A stretch of 64,000 nt of DNA from Thermodesulfobacteriota bacterium (GCA_034189385.1 JAXHVD010000003.1:142104-206103); one strand, 5' to 3'. Shown: positions 1 to 10,417, counted from the stretch's first letter. The notes: generated by a model not told the origin, from the sequence alone. A program made the numbers and translations.

Positions 1-502
1 CTCCAAAGACTCGGCAGAGATCACGATGCCCTCGTCAGAGACATCCATGTCCCTGTACATGGCCAGGACCAGTTCAAGGTTTTCATGAAGATAATCCGAT
101 ACAAGGCCCCACAGGCTCTTCGTAGAAACCAGCCCATAGACAGCCAACATGAGTGCCCCTGATGCAATGACCACACCTGTGGTCACGGCCACTGTTTTCT
201 CCAAAGACAAGTTCATGGCAAACATCTCAGAGAGGACAAGCCCCACCAGGCCCAGTTCAAAAAAGAACACAGCCGAGGGTATGGAACGCCAGCCCATCAT
301 GGAAGCAACGATGAGGGTGACAGCAATCAGGATCAATGCACCCCAAGAACGTCCCAGTTTCGACCGGTAAAAGAGAACAGGTAGGGGAAGAAACAAACTT
401 GCCACCACGCCAAAGACCGGTAGATATACTCCGGCCAGGGCAATCAAGCTGGTAATGGCAGTGGCCGCGAAAAACTCCTTGTGGGGTTCACTGTGGGTCA
501 TA
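1..502 (-). CDS. DUF2232/YybS-like polytopic membrane protein, N-terminal part (gene leaves the window at position 1)
   Basis: Absent from the ORF track because it is open at the window edge. My minus-strand translation from ATG 502-500 gives MTHSEPHKEFFAATAITSLIALAGVYLPVFGVVASLFLPLPVLFYRSKLGRSWGALILIAV..., which is hydrophobic and multi-TM. It lies directly downstream of rpsF-rpsR, as yybS does in other bacteria. Confidence 0.55.
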
Positions 503-661
503 TGGCTCACAAGGGACCATCCTTGTTATTGAACACAAAGCGTGCTTCCTATTAGGTGGCACCCCATACCCCTGCGCCAGCACATGGAAAGTCTCTTGAA
601 AACCAATGGGAAGGGCGTCACCCTCCATGGTTTGCAGGGCCCTCACTGGCAACCCGAGCCA

Positions 662-913
662 TCAGTAGTGGCTCAGGGTTGCAGCATATGGCATCAGTGC
701 GATACTCCGTGCCCGCTTAATAGCAGTGGTGACCTGGCGCTGGTGCTTGGCACAATTGCCTGATATTCGCCTAGGTATAATCTTTCCGCGCTCCGTGGTA
801 AAGAGCCTAAGCGTTCGTGGATTCTTATAATCGATGGCCAGGCTGCTGTCCGCACAGAAACGGCACACCTTTCTCCTGCCGAAGGTTCTTCTCCGTCTTT
901 TAAACCTCGCCAT
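662..913 (-). CDS. rpsR: 30S ribosomal protein S18
   Basis: 83 aa: [76 protein letters not shown]. This is the classic S18 sequence. Confidence 0.95.
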   Translation of the reverse strand: MARFKRRRRTFGRRKVCRFCADSSLAIDYKNPRTLRLFTTERGKIIPRRISGNCAKHQRQVTTAIKRARSIALMPYAATLSHY

Positions 914-1385
914 TAGCGGGCGCCTCCTCGTCGCCAGACTCTGGTGTATCTGTTGCTGCTTTCACATCATCCGCCGCGGGTTCTGTCTGTGCGCTCTGTT
1001 CCTCTTCTCCTCCAGATGGTGTTTCCTCCGGCGCTGCATCCGGCCTCGACGCCTCCCGGGCCGCTGCCATCTCAGCCTGCATGGCCGCCACATCCACCTC
1101 TTCTGCTGTGCACACCGTCATGTATTTCAGGAATCGCTCATCGAGACTCATGTTTCGTTCAAGCTCTTTGACCAAGGCTCCGTCTCCGCAAAAATCTGTG
1201 AGGACATAGTATCCCCGCGTCTGCTTCTTGACCACATAAGCAAGACTCTTAAGGCCCCACTCATCAAACTTGACGAGAAGTCCTTGTCCGTCTGAGATGA
1301 TCTTCGTGAGTTTGTCGAAAAGGGGTTGGCGGTCTTCCTGGGAAAGGGAAGGGCTTGCTATAAAGACATTCTCATACCTTCTCAT
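900..1385 (-). CDS. rpsF: 30S ribosomal protein S6 with long acidic C-terminal tail
   Basis: The ORF 900..1442 contains [26 protein letters not shown]..., a typical S6 N-terminus, starting at ATG 1385. It overlaps the rpsR start by 14 nt. Confidence 0.9.
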   Translation of the reverse strand: MRRYENVFIASPSLSQEDRQPLFDKLTKIISDGQGLLVKFDEWGLKSLAYVVKKQTRGYYVLTDFCGDGALVKELERNMSLDERFLKYMTVCTAEEVDVAAMQAEMAAAREASRPDAAPEETPSGGEEEQSAQTEPAADDVKAATDTPESGDEEAPANGEV

Positions 1386-1667
1386 AGGTCCTCCTTCTGG
1401 GTTTATTAGCCCCGGTCCAGCCCGGAGCAAGGAGACAAACAATAAGACCTCAAAAATCTACATGGCCCTGTCCTTTCTTGTCAAGCGGTTTTTGCTCCCG
1501 TCCTTCCATGGCCCCACCATGGCAATTCGATCACAAGACCGGAAGCTGGAACAGCCAAGATCAAACAACCGCTGGCCAAACCACCTGGAAGCCCCCTTTA
1601 AAGCGTGCTATAAAAACATCCATCAGACATGCCCTTATGGGTCTTTTGGCAAAAGGGGGAGGATGGG

Positions 1668-2087
1668 GTGCCCCGCGAGTACGAATACATCGAACATACA
1701 GGCGATCTGGGGTTCAAGGCTTACGGGAAAACGCTCCAGGAACTCTTTATCAATGCTGCCAGGGCCCTCTTTCACGTCCTGGTCTCCCCTGAGACCATCG
1801 AGGAAAAAGAAAAAAGGGGCGTCACCGTGGAAGCGGCGGCTCTGGACGAGCTCATGGTCAGCTGGCTCGGAGAGCTTCTCTATCTTTTTGACACCCAGGG
1901 CCTCTTGCTGAAGGGATTTGAGATAAAGACGTTGACGGAAAACCGCTTGGAGGCCACTGTTAGGGGCGAGACCATGGACCTTCGGCGCCATGAGATCAAG
2001 ACAGGCATTAAGGCCATCACCTATCACCAGCTCTATGTGAGAGAAGAAAACGGTCTCTGGAAGGCCCAGGTAATCCTTGACCTGTGA
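1668..2087 (+). CDS. archease (RtcB activator)
   Basis: The ORF 1629..2087 contains EYEYIEHTGDLGFKAYGKTLQELFINAA...IKAITYHQLYV. The likely start is GTG 1668, 5 nt after GGGGGAGG. The gene sits directly upstream of rtcB. Confidence 0.85.
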   Translation: MPREYEYIEHTGDLGFKAYGKTLQELFINAARALFHVLVSPETIEEKEKRGVTVEAAALDELMVSWLGELLYLFDTQGLLLKGFEIKTLTENRLEATVRGETMDLRRHEIKTGIKAITYHQLYVREENGLWKAQVILDL

Positions 2088-2115
2088 ACCGTCTCCACCC
2101 GAGGAGGTGAACGCC

Positions 2116-3564
2116 ATGGCAGATGACATAAGGGTAGAAAAAATAGACGATTTTAGATGGCTCATTCCAAGAACCGGCAGGATGAGGACCGAAGGGCTGG
2201 TCTATGCAGATGAGACCATGCTGGCCGCCATCAAGAAGGATGCGAGCCTCCAACAGGTGGCCAATGTGGCCTGCCTTCCCGGCATCGTCGGTCGATCTAT
2301 GGCCATGCCGGACATACACTGGGGGTACGGGTTTCCCATTGGTGGCGTGGCAGCCTTTGACATGGACGAGGGCATCATTTCCCCTGGAGGCGTCGGCTAC
2401 GACATCAACTGTGGCGTTAGGCTCCTTCGCTCCAGTCTGGAGGCCAAGGAAATCAAGGACCACATCCCCACACTGGTAAACGCCTTGTTTAGAAATATCC
2501 CTTCAGGCGTGGGGTCCCGGCGCAAGGACCTGAAACTCTCTGCTAAACAAATGGATGAGGTCCTTGCCAAAGGGGTCAAGTGGGCCCTTTCTCATGGATA
2601 TGGGACCGCAGCAGATCTTCAGCATATAGAAGAAGAGGGCTGCATTGCCGGCGCCCGCCCGGACTATGTCTCTGAAAGGGCCTGTAAACGGGGAAAAGAG
2701 CAACTCGGCACCCTGGGTTCAGGGAATCACTTTGTGGAAGTCGGTTTTGTGGAAGAGCTTTACGACGAGGCTGCTGCCACGGCCCTGTCTCTGTTCAGAG
2801 GCCAGATGACCGTGATCGTACACACCGGCTCCAGGGGGTTGGGACACCAAGTCTGCGACGACTATATCAAACGAATGCTCACAGCCTCTGGCAAGTACAA
2901 CATACATCTGCCCGACAAACAGCTCTGCTGCGCCCCTCTCACCTCCAAGGAAAGCCGGCAGTATCTTGCAGCCATGGCCTGTGCGGCGAATTTCGCCTTC
3001 TGCAACCGTCAGACCATTACCCACTGGGTCCGGGAGACCTTTCAACAGGTGTTGGCAATGGGACCCAACGACCTGGAGCTGGATCTTGTCTACGATGTCT
3101 GTCACAACATGGCCAAGATAGAGACCCATAAGGTGGACGGAAAAGAGCGGAAGCTATGCGTTCACCGCAAGGGGGCCACGAGGGCCTTTCCTCCCCACTC
3201 TAGACTCATCCCAGAGGCCTATCAACAGGTGGGGCAACCTGTTTTGATCCCCGGAGACATGGGCCGGTACTCCTATGTGCTGGTGGGCACTGAAGGGGCC
3301 ATGAAGGAAACTTTTGGCAGCACCTGCCACGGGGCCGGGCGAAGGCTCAGCAGACACCAGGCCAAAAAGGTCGCCAAAGGCCGGGCCATTGTGAGGGAAC
3401 TTGAAGATCAGGGCATTTATGTCCGTGGGGCAGGCAAAGGAACCATCAGCGAGGAGATATCGGAGGCCTATAAGGATGTGAGCGACGTGGTAAACGTGGT
3501 CCATCATGCAGGAATAGGCAAGAAGGTGGCCAAGCTCAGACCCATGGGGGTAATTAAGGGATAA
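2116..3564 (+). CDS. rtcB: RNA-splicing ligase RtcB
   Basis: Motifs seen: LPGIVGRSMAMPDIHWGYGFPIGGVAAFD, GGVGYDINCGVR, GSGNHFVE, GSRGLGHQV. ATG 2116 is preceded by GAGGAGG. Confidence 0.95.
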   Translation: MADDIRVEKIDDFRWLIPRTGRMRTEGLVYADETMLAAIKKDASLQQVANVACLPGIVGRSMAMPDIHWGYGFPIGGVAAFDMDEGIISPGGVGYDINCGVRLLRSSLEAKEIKDHIPTLVNALFRNIPSGVGSRRKDLKLSAKQMDEVLAKGVKWALSHGYGTAADLQHIEEEGCIAGARPDYVSERACKRGKEQLGTLGSGNHFVEVGFVEELYDEAAATALSLFRGQMTVIVHTGSRGLGHQVCDDYIKRMLTASGKYNIHLPDKQLCCAPLTSKESRQYLAAMACAANFAFCNRQTITHWVRETFQQVLAMGPNDLELDLVYDVCHNMAKIETHKVDGKERKLCVHRKGATRAFPPHSRLIPEAYQQVGQPVLIPGDMGRYSYVLVGTEGAMKETFGSTCHGAGRRLSRHQAKKVAKGRAIVRELEDQGIYVRGAGKGTISEEISEAYKDVSDVVNVVHHAGIGKKVAKLRPMGVIKG

Positions 3565-3579
3565 GAAGGGGGCGAGGAT

Positions 3580-3622
3580 TGCGGCTTTCGCCTTAAAAAA
3601 CTGCGGCTTTCGCCTTAAAAAG
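3580..3622. repeat. tandem direct repeat, 2 x about 21-22 bp (TGCGGCTTTCGCCTTAAAAA)
   Basis: Read directly: tgcggctttcgccttaaaaaa c tgcggctttcgccttaaaaag, immediately after the rtcB stop. Confidence 0.85.
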
Positions 3623-3628
3623 ATGTGA

Positions 3629-3777
3629 GGGGTCAAGGGGCCGAGGGTTCAAGGGTGTTTGGAGGATGGTCTTTCCAAAAGAACTGATCTACAAACACAC
3701 GGCAGAGGACTTGCGCTAGCTCTTAGACTATATGAGACTATTCACCATTTCACTTGAACCCTGGACCCCTTGAATCC
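3629..3777. repeat. imperfect inverted repeat element (about 27-bp arms, about 95-bp spacer)
   Basis: The left arm is ggggtcaaggggccgagggttcaagggtg (3629-3657). The reverse complement of the right arm cacttgaaccctggaccccttgaatcc (3751-3777) matches it at about 23/27 positions. A related arm copy lies at about 10853-10871. Confidence 0.6.
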
Positions 3778-5830
3778 TAGGAAAGGAACCATCTTGTCCC
3801 CCTTGCGTCGAAACATCACATACACTGTCCTACTGGCAGGGGCCGCCCTTTTTACCGGGGTCTGCGGGGGTCTCCTTTTCGCCCTCATGCACGATCTTCC
3901 GCAAATTCAGGGCCTTGACAGTTTCAAGCCCGCCGCGATCACACGGATCTATTCAGCCGACAGGCAACTGCTGGCCGAACTCTTTGTAGAAAAGCGTCAG
4001 CCTGTGCCCCTTGACGCAGTACCGGAGGATCTTAAGGCCGGGATCCTCGCCACGGAAGACGCCAAGTTCTATGACCACCCGGGAGTTGATCTGAAGGGCA
4101 TTGCCCGTGCCGTCATCAGAAACATCAGGGCCGGTGAATATGTCGAAGGGGCCAGCACCATTAGCCAGCAGCTGGCCAAGACGCTTTTTCTCACACCCCG
4201 AAAGACTCTGATCCGCAAATTCAAAGAAGCCTTTCTGGCCTTTCAGATTGAGCGCCGCTATACAAAAAACGAGATACTGGGACTCTATCTGAATCAGGTC
4301 TATTTCGGAAGCGGGGCCTACGGCGTGGAAGCTGCCGCGCAGATCTTTTTCGGAAAACCTGTCCGTGAACTGACCCTGGCCGAGTGCGCATTGATCGCGG
4401 GTATGCCCAAGTCGCCTTCGCGGTACTCACCCCTGGTCAACCCAGCTTTGGCCCTAAAACGGCGCTCGGTGGTCCTGGGACAGATGGCTCGCCATGGCCT
4501 CATTAGTAAAGAAGAGTTGATGGCTGCCAATACCTCGCCTCTTCATCTAGCTCACAAGAAAGAAACATCCATAAAGGCCCCCTATTTTGTGGCCTCTGTG
4601 GCGAAGCTCCTGGAAAAGGAGTTGGGCCAGGAAGCCCTGTATCAAAAGGGACTGACCGTATACACGACGCTAGACTATTCCATGCAGAACGCTGCTGAAG
4701 AAGCGGTAGCACAGGGGCTTAAAGAGCTCTCCGCACGTATGAAGATGGCAGGTTTGGCCCAAGAGCATCTGCCCCAAGCCGCCTTGGTCTGTCTAGATAC
4801 CAAGCGCGGAAGCATTCTCGCCATGGTGGGGGGCCGCAGCTTTGAAGAAAGCCGGTTCAACCGAGCCACCATGGCCAAGAGACAGCCAGGGTCGGCATTC
4901 AAACCCTTAGTCTATGCCCTAGCCTTGGAGAAGGGTTTTTGCCAAAACGACATGCTCTGGGACGGACCCGTGGTGTTTAAAGGCGCCCAAGAAGGCGAAG
5001 TCTGGATGCCACAGAATTTTTCAGAGGAATTCATGGGCGAGGTAACCCTTCGTCGGGCCCTGGCCCTGTCGCAGAACATCCCTGCTGTGAGACTCCTTAG
5101 CAAATTGGGACCTACGCGTGCTGTGGAGTTTGCATATAAGATGGGCATCACCTCACCCTTGGATCCGAACCTTTCCCTGGTTCTTGGAACCTCAGAGGTG
5201 ACACTCCTCGAACTAACAACAGCCTATGCTGTGTTCCCCAATGGCGGCATACGGACAAGACCCTTTGGCGTGCTGGAGGTACTGGAAAGGGAACGGTCCG
5301 TCTGGAGGCACAAGTCCCAGGCGCGGCCTGTCATCAGTCCTGAAACTGCAGCAATCATGACCGATATGCTTGAAGCCGTCGTACTGGAAGGCACTGCAAC
5401 GGCAGCACAGCCCATAGGTCGGCCATTGGCAGGAAAAACCGGGAGCACAGACAGCTACAAGGACGCCCTTTTTATCGGGTTTTCTCCAACCGTGGCCACG
5501 GGGGTGTGGGTCGGCCTGGATGATCATGGGACACTGGGTGACAAAGAAACAGGTGCCAAGGCTGCCCTGCCCATATGGATCGATTTCATGGAAAAAGCCC
5601 TCAGTGACCGCCCCTATTGTGATTTTGATCTGCCCCAAGGGGTGGTCCGAGTGCATATGGATACTGAATCCGGGCTCCTTGCTTCAGAGGGCAGTCCCAA
5701 CGCAGTTACTGCTTTGTTCAAGGAGGGCACGGAGCCGAAGCAGTACCACAGACGTGGTGCCAAGGGGCTCTTGGGAGGGCAGGGTAGGGGGACTTGGGAG
5801 CTTGGCAGCAGACTTACATCGCCGGAGTAG
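3770..5830 (+). CDS. mrcA: class A penicillin-binding protein (PBP1A-type transglycosylase/transpeptidase)
   Basis: Glycosyltransferase motifs EDAKFYDHPGVD, GASTISQQLAK and RKFKEAFLAFQIERRYTKNEILGLYLN are present. The transpeptidase part carries SAFKP and KTGST. The start is uncertain: TTG 3770 in the track, or TTG 3794 after AGGAAAGGA. Confidence 0.9.
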   Translation: MNPRKGTILSPLRRNITYTVLLAGAALFTGVCGGLLFALMHDLPQIQGLDSFKPAAITRIYSADRQLLAELFVEKRQPVPLDAVPEDLKAGILATEDAKFYDHPGVDLKGIARAVIRNIRAGEYVEGASTISQQLAKTLFLTPRKTLIRKFKEAFLAFQIERRYTKNEILGLYLNQVYFGSGAYGVEAAAQIFFGKPVRELTLAECALIAGMPKSPSRYSPLVNPALALKRRSVVLGQMARHGLISKEELMAANTSPLHLAHKKETSIKAPYFVASVAKLLEKELGQEALYQKGLTVYTTLDYSMQNAAEEAVAQGLKELSARMKMAGLAQEHLPQAALVCLDTKRGSILAMVGGRSFEESRFNRATMAKRQPGSAFKPLVYALALEKGFCQNDMLWDGPVVFKGAQEGEVWMPQNFSEEFMGEVTLRRALALSQNIPAVRLLSKLGPTRAVEFAYKMGITSPLDPNLSLVLGTSEVTLLELTTAYAVFPNGGIRTRPFGVLEVLERERSVWRHKSQARPVISPETAAIMTDMLEAVVLEGTATAAQPIGRPLAGKTGSTDSYKDALFIGFSPTVATGVWVGLDDHGTLGDKETGAKAALPIWIDFMEKALSDRPYCDFDLPQGVVRVHMDTESGLLASEGSPNAVTALFKEGTEPKQYHRRGAKGLLGGQGRGTWELGSRLTSPE

Positions 5831-5922
5831 GGACTCTTTCAGTATTTCGTAAGAGTTCAGCGTTTTGAAACAACCCCCATTTTGCTCGCTCCCCTGAGTA
5901 ATGCTGGAATTTTTTGAAGAGG

Positions 5923-6669
5923 CTAAACTGCTGCCATATTTCTTGGCTTGAGCAAATAGTCTGACTTGATGTGGCTCAGGGACCGGAAAATGTTTCCCTT
6001 GATCTTTTTGTTTGTCTCATAAAGACCGCTTAACATCTTCTTGATTTCACCGCGCTTCGATGTCCTGGCCGTAGGGCACGGGTTGGGAAAGAAGGGAAAG
6101 TCATGATCCTGTGCAAATCGATCAATGGCCTGTTCGTCAATATGGGCAAGGGGCCTAATGACGACCAGTTTTCCCTTAAAAAAGGGTTGGCACGGAACCA
6201 TGGTGCTGATCTCTCCACTATAGCACATGTTTAAGAAAAGCGTCTCGATAATGTCGTCCATGTTGTGCCCCAGGGCCAGCTTGTTGCAGCCCAGCTCGTC
6301 GGCCATTTCAAAGAGTCGCTTCCTTCGAAGGCGGGCGCACAGAAAGCAGGGGTTCTCCCGGTTTTCCTCGCTGTGGCTTCTTGTGCCGTAGTCCGTATAC
6401 TCCACTTTCAGACTGTAGCCCCTGTCCTTGCAGTATGCCTCGATGAGGGGTGCAGGGGCCCCTTTAAAGCCCAAGTCTATGTGAATGGCCTTGAGGGAGT
6501 AATGGATGGGAATGCGGGACAGGCGTTCATGGAGGATCCACATGAGGGTGAGGCTATCTTTTCCGCCAGACAACCCCACGGCGATCCGGTCCCCATCTGC
6601 TATCATGTCATAGTGGTGTATGGCCTGGCCAACCGAGCGCCGCACGGCCTTATCCCTAAAACGAGACAC
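5923..6669 (-). CDS. ttcA: TtcA-family tRNA 2-thiocytidine/PP-loop ATPase
   Basis: PP-loop GLSGGKDS, plus Cys motifs NPCFLCARLRR and PNPCP. Confidence 0.8.
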   Translation of the reverse strand: MSRFRDKAVRRSVGQAIHHYDMIADGDRIAVGLSGGKDSLTLMWILHERLSRIPIHYSLKAIHIDLGFKGAPAPLIEAYCKDRGYSLKVEYTDYGTRSHSEENRENPCFLCARLRRKRLFEMADELGCNKLALGHNMDDIIETLFLNMCYSGEISTMVPCQPFFKGKLVVIRPLAHIDEQAIDRFAQDHDFPFFPNPCPTARTSKRGEIKKMLSGLYETNKKIKGNIFRSLSHIKSDYLLKPRNMAAV

Positions 6670-6678
6670 GGAATCGTC

Positions 6679-6894
6679 TCATGCCTCCTCTTGTTCCTGG
6701 GATTCCTTCTTCTCGATAATAACCTTTCCTGCCGCGATTTCACGAAGAGCGATCACGATGTCTTCATTCTTGGGAGACTGAACCAGATACTGGGCACCCT
6801 CCCGCGTTTGCCGAACCCGCTTGGCCGCTACATGAACCAGCATGAATCGGTTCTGGCAACGCCTCAGGCAGTCTTCTACAGTAACACGAGCCAT
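6679..6894 (-). CDS. rpoZ: DNA-directed RNA polymerase subunit omega
   Basis: [29 protein letters not shown]... is a typical omega N-terminus. Confidence 0.9.
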   Translation of the reverse strand: MARVTVEDCLRRCQNRFMLVHVAAKRVRQTREGAQYLVQSPKNEDIVIALREIAAGKVIIEKKESQEQEEA

Positions 6895-6967
6895 ATATAC
6901 CTCCTTAGACCGACAACATTACCCACTTCTGTCAAGTGGGGGTAAAAAAGGGCTTCATGGAAGGAGA

Positions 6968-7699
6968 CTAAAGGGAAAAACGAACCGCGTAAAGTTCCCC
7001 GGTTTCTACAACCCGGAGTTGCATTCTCAGTTCTCCTGTCCCCTTTGCCTCGCCAGGGAAAAAAATGAACCCGTGGGCAATAGAATGGGGCGATATGGCC
7101 TTGTTTTCCAGGGCCTTTGCCTGAAGGTCCTGAGAGATGGTAGCCCGCGCCTCTCCTTCTGTAGCGGCAGCCTCGGCTCCGCCCAATGTGGCCCCCACAG
7201 CAGCGCCTACAGCAGCCCCTTTTCCTGCCGATTCTGCCACATTGTCACCAACTACGATGCCGATGGCAGCGCCCACCAAGGCCCCGGCAGCACCGCTGAG
7301 CAGTCCGGGCGTCACAGCCCCTTTTGCGATCCGGGACATCTCCATCTTCTCAGTGACCCGGTCATAGGCCAGACTGGAATCTAGGATCGACCACAGATTG
7401 TTCTCTCCATCAATCAAGAAGGTCTGGGAGGGTTCAATCTCAAGGGACTGGTCCCCCAAATTGTCAAAAATCACCTGCACGGGATAAAGGCCCGCGCCCC
7501 GTATGTCCCACCCGAAGGCCTCTTTTGCTTCCTTGGCCTCCTCATAGGCCCTGGCAGCAATGGTGGCTCCGGCCACATTCATGGCGTTGCCATAGGCATT
7601 AGGCATCTTAAAAGGGACCACCTGCGTCTTGTGGCCTGTGCAACCGGCCATAGCCAAGACAATCACCATAGAGCATACAAGAAGCCCGCGATTTCTCAT
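6968..7699 (-). CDS. lipoprotein with glycine-zipper segment
   Basis: From ATG 7699 the protein reads MRNRGLLVCSMVIVLAMAGC, a lipobox. It has a Gly/Ala-rich stretch GLLSGAAGALVGAAIGIVVG. The longer track ORF would overlap greA. Confidence 0.6.
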   Translation of the reverse strand: MRNRGLLVCSMVIVLAMAGCTGHKTQVVPFKMPNAYGNAMNVAGATIAARAYEEAKEAKEAFGWDIRGAGLYPVQVIFDNLGDQSLEIEPSQTFLIDGENNLWSILDSSLAYDRVTEKMEMSRIAKGAVTPGLLSGAAGALVGAAIGIVVGDNVAESAGKGAAVGAAVGATLGGAEAAATEGEARATISQDLQAKALENKAISPHSIAHGFIFFPGEAKGTGELRMQLRVVETGELYAVRFSL

Positions 7700-7748
7700 A
7701 ACAGCCTTCCCCTTGTCCTCTGGAACCGGTGACAAAACAGCCAGGCTC

Positions 7749-8222
7749 TTAGGACGTTCGGATGTCAACTAGTTCATATTGGCGCGTGCCCCCAGGGGCC
7801 TGAACCACAATCTCCTCTCCCACCTTCTTCCCAATCATGGCCCGGCCAACAGGAGAGGAAACCGAGATGCGCCCCTGTTGCACGTCAGACTCGTCCGGTC
7901 CCACGAGTTGGTATTGCACTTCCTCTTCTGTGTCTAAGTTTTCCAGCACCACGGTGCAGCCGAACACGGCACAGTCCGTGGTCACGGTCTTCGGGTCTAT
8001 CACATCGGCACAGGCGACCTTGTGCTCAAGTTCCCCGATTTGCCTCTCCAGAAATGCCTGGCGATCTTTGGCGGCTTCATATTCCGCGTTTTCTGTGAGG
8101 TCTCCATGGGCCCGGGCCTCTGCAATGGCCTTTACGACCTTTGGCCTTTCAATGGCCTTAAGGACCCTTACCTGTTCTTTCATGGCCTCAAAGCCCGCTT
8201 TTGTAATCGGTATGCGTTCCAA
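7749..8222 (-). CDS. greA: transcription elongation factor GreA
   Basis: 157 aa containing HGDLTENAEYEAAKDRQAFLERQIGELE and ISVSSPVGRAMIGKKVGE. Confidence 0.95.
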   Translation of the reverse strand: MERIPITKAGFEAMKEQVRVLKAIERPKVVKAIAEARAHGDLTENAEYEAAKDRQAFLERQIGELEHKVACADVIDPKTVTTDCAVFGCTVVLENLDTEEEVQYQLVGPDESDVQQGRISVSSPVGRAMIGKKVGEEIVVQAPGGTRQYELVDIRTS

Positions 8223-8286
8223 CGACTTGCTCCTTATAACATTATCAACTTATCTGCTTATCTGCTACCAGCCAGTCCTCACACCA

Positions 8287-9312
8287 TCACCCGCTCAAAT
8301 ACTCTCGCGCCAGGATTTCTGCTATTTGCACCGCATTGGTGGCGGCCCCTTTGCGGATGTTGTCCGACACCACCCACAGATTGATTCCATTGTCAATGGA
8401 CTCATCGGCCCTTATGCGGCCCACAAAGGTTTCATCCTTGCCGGCGGCCTCAATGGCCATGGGATAAAGGCTCCGGGACGGGTTATCCATTACCTTTACG
8501 CCCGGGGCGTTTTCCAGCAGGATTCGTACCCCTTTGGGGGTGATCGGCCGTCGCGTTTCAACATTCACAGACTCTGAGTGGCTAAAGAAGACGGGCACCC
8601 GAACTGTCGTAGCCGTGATGCCAATGGTATCGTCTTCAAAGATCTTTCGTGTCTCGTGTACCATCTTCATCTCTTCTTTTGTGTAGCCATTGTCCAAAAA
8701 GACATCTATCTGAGGCAGGCAATTGAAGGCAATCCTATGGGGATAGACCTTCTTCTCCGGCTCCATGAAGTTGAGCATAGCCTTGGTCTGGTCGTAGAGT
8801 TCGTCAATGGCCTTCTTCCCTGTACCGGAAACGGCCTGGTAGGTGGAGACCACAATCCGCTTGATACCCGCATTTTTCTGAATGGGCGCCAAGGCCACCA
8901 CCATCTGAATAGTCGAGCAGTTAGGATTGGCAATGATACCCTTATTTGTATACCCGCCTACAGCATGGGGATTCACCTCTGGAACGACCAAGGGCACCTC
9001 CGGGTCCATACGCCAGGCAGCAGAATTGTCCACCACTACGCAGCCGTCCGCCGCAGCCATAGGTGCAAACTTCTCACTGGTGGCCCCACCAGCAGAGAAA
9101 ATGCCAATCTCTACCCCTTTAAAGGACTGGTCTGTCAACTCCTCCACAACGATCTCCTGGCCTTTGAACCGCATCTTCCGGCCCGCAGACCTGGCTGTTG
9201 CAAGCAGTCTCAGGTCCTTTACCGGAAAATTCCTCTCTTCCAGGCAAGCAATCATCTGGTTTCCCACAGCACCCGTTGCCCCAGCCACAGCCACGTTAAA
9301 TAACTTGCCCAT
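8287..9312 (-). CDS. asd: aspartate-semialdehyde dehydrogenase
   Basis: Contains VAVAGATGAVG and the active-site motif NPNCSTIQMV. Length 341 aa. Confidence 0.95.
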   Translation of the reverse strand: MGKLFNVAVAGATGAVGNQMIACLEERNFPVKDLRLLATARSAGRKMRFKGQEIVVEELTDQSFKGVEIGIFSAGGATSEKFAPMAAADGCVVVDNSAAWRMDPEVPLVVPEVNPHAVGGYTNKGIIANPNCSTIQMVVALAPIQKNAGIKRIVVSTYQAVSGTGKKAIDELYDQTKAMLNFMEPEKKVYPHRIAFNCLPQIDVFLDNGYTKEEMKMVHETRKIFEDDTIGITATTVRVPVFFSHSESVNVETRRPITPKGVRILLENAPGVKVMDNPSRSLYPMAIEAAGKDETFVGRIRADESIDNGINLWVVSDNIRKGAATNAVQIAEILAREYLSG

Positions 9313-9349
9313 CTTCTATGCCTCCCTTTTTCAGGTGCCCAGCCAACTG

Positions 9350-10417
9350 CTAAATATTGATGGCTTCTACGATCAAATCCCCGACCTCGGCTGTGGAATG
9401 GCCCATCTGGCCTGCCCCCACGCCCTTCAGCTCGTCTCGCAACACCTTGGCTACGCCCCTTTCAACCATCTGGGCAGCATCGGGCTCTCCAAGGGTTTCG
9501 AGCATGAGTTTGGCAGCCAGAATGGCTCCAATAGGATTGATCACATTCTTTCCCGCATACTTGGGAGAAGACCCCCCTATGGGCTCGAACATGGAGACCC
9601 CTTCGGGGTTGATGTTTCCGCCTGCGGCCACGCCCATGCCGCCCTGAAGCATGGCGCCAAGGTCCGTAATAATATCACCGAACATGTTTTCCGTAACCAC
9701 CACATCAAACGATTCAGGGTTTTTGATCATCCACATGCACAAGGCGTCCACGTGCATATAGTCGGTCTCAATATCAGGGTATTCCTCTGCCACCTCCTTG
9801 AAGGTGCGCTCCCAAAGGTCAAAGGTATAGGTCAAGACATTGGTCTTTCCACAGAGGGTGACCTTTTGGGCCCCATTACGCGCTTTGCATACCTCAAAGG
9901 CGTAGCGGATACACCGCTCCACCCCCATGCGTGTGCTGATAGACTCCTGAATGGCCACCTCGTTGGGGGTTCCCCGTCTCAAGATGCCCCCAGCGCCTGC
10001 ATAGAGGCCCTCTGTATTCTCACGGACCACCACAAAGTCTATCTCCTCAGGCCCCTTGTCCTTAAGGGGGGTCTCCACACCCGGATAGAGCTTGATGGGT
10101 CTGAGATTGACGTACTGATCCAACTCAAAGCGAAGCCTAAGGAGCACCCCCTTTTCCAGTATGCCCGGGGGCACCCCTGGATCACCAATGGCGCCAAGAT
10201 ATATGGCGTCACATCCCCTCAATGCCTCCAGGACACCATCGGAAATGGTCTCGCCTGTCTTGTTGTAGTGTCTGGCACCCAGGTCAAAATCATGAAAGGC
10301 GAGTCTGAAACCGTTTCTTTTGGAAACCGCCTCAAGGACCTTCAGCCCCTCGGTGACCATCTCGGGACCCGTGCCATCTCCCGGTACCACAGCTATCTTA
10401 TACGCTCTTTCAGTCAT
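9350..10417 (-). CDS. leuB: 3-isopropylmalate dehydrogenase family
   Basis: Contains [24 protein letters not shown] and MFGDIITDL. The leuB-asd neighbourhood is conserved. Confidence 0.85.
   Translation of the reverse strand: MTERAYKIAVVPGDGTGPEMVTEGLKVLEAVSKRNGFRLAFHDFDLGARHYNKTGETISDGVLEALRGCDAIYLGAIGDPGVPPGILEKGVLLRLRFELDQYVNLRPIKLYPGVETPLKDKGPEEIDFVVVRENTEGLYAGAGGILRRGTPNEVAIQESISTRMGVERCIRYAFEVCKARNGAQKVTLCGKTNVLTYTFDLWERTFKEVAEEYPDIETDYMHVDALCMWMIKNPESFDVVVTENMFGDIITDLGAMLQGGMGVAAGGNINPEGVSMFEPIGGSSPKYAGKNVINPIGAILAAKLMLETLGEPDAAQMVERGVAKVLRDELKGVGAGQMGHSTAEVGDLIVEAINI

Noticed and set aside
3700-3715. Sigma54-like promoter string cGGCAgaggacTTGCg upstream of PBP1A.
   Set aside because: The GG-N10-GC spacing is correct, but only about 9/12 consensus positions match. 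It lies inside a repeat element, and there is no enhancer-binding protein or typical sigma54 target nearby. I did not call it as a feature.
5845-5900. Possible degenerate sixth copy of the 41-bp motif (cagtatttcg...gttttgaaacaACCCCCATTT) in the convergent PBP1A/ttcA spacer.
   Set aside because: It lacks the AAATACAS box and the fixed spacing, and there is no downstream gene in that orientation. It is probably a chance resemblance.
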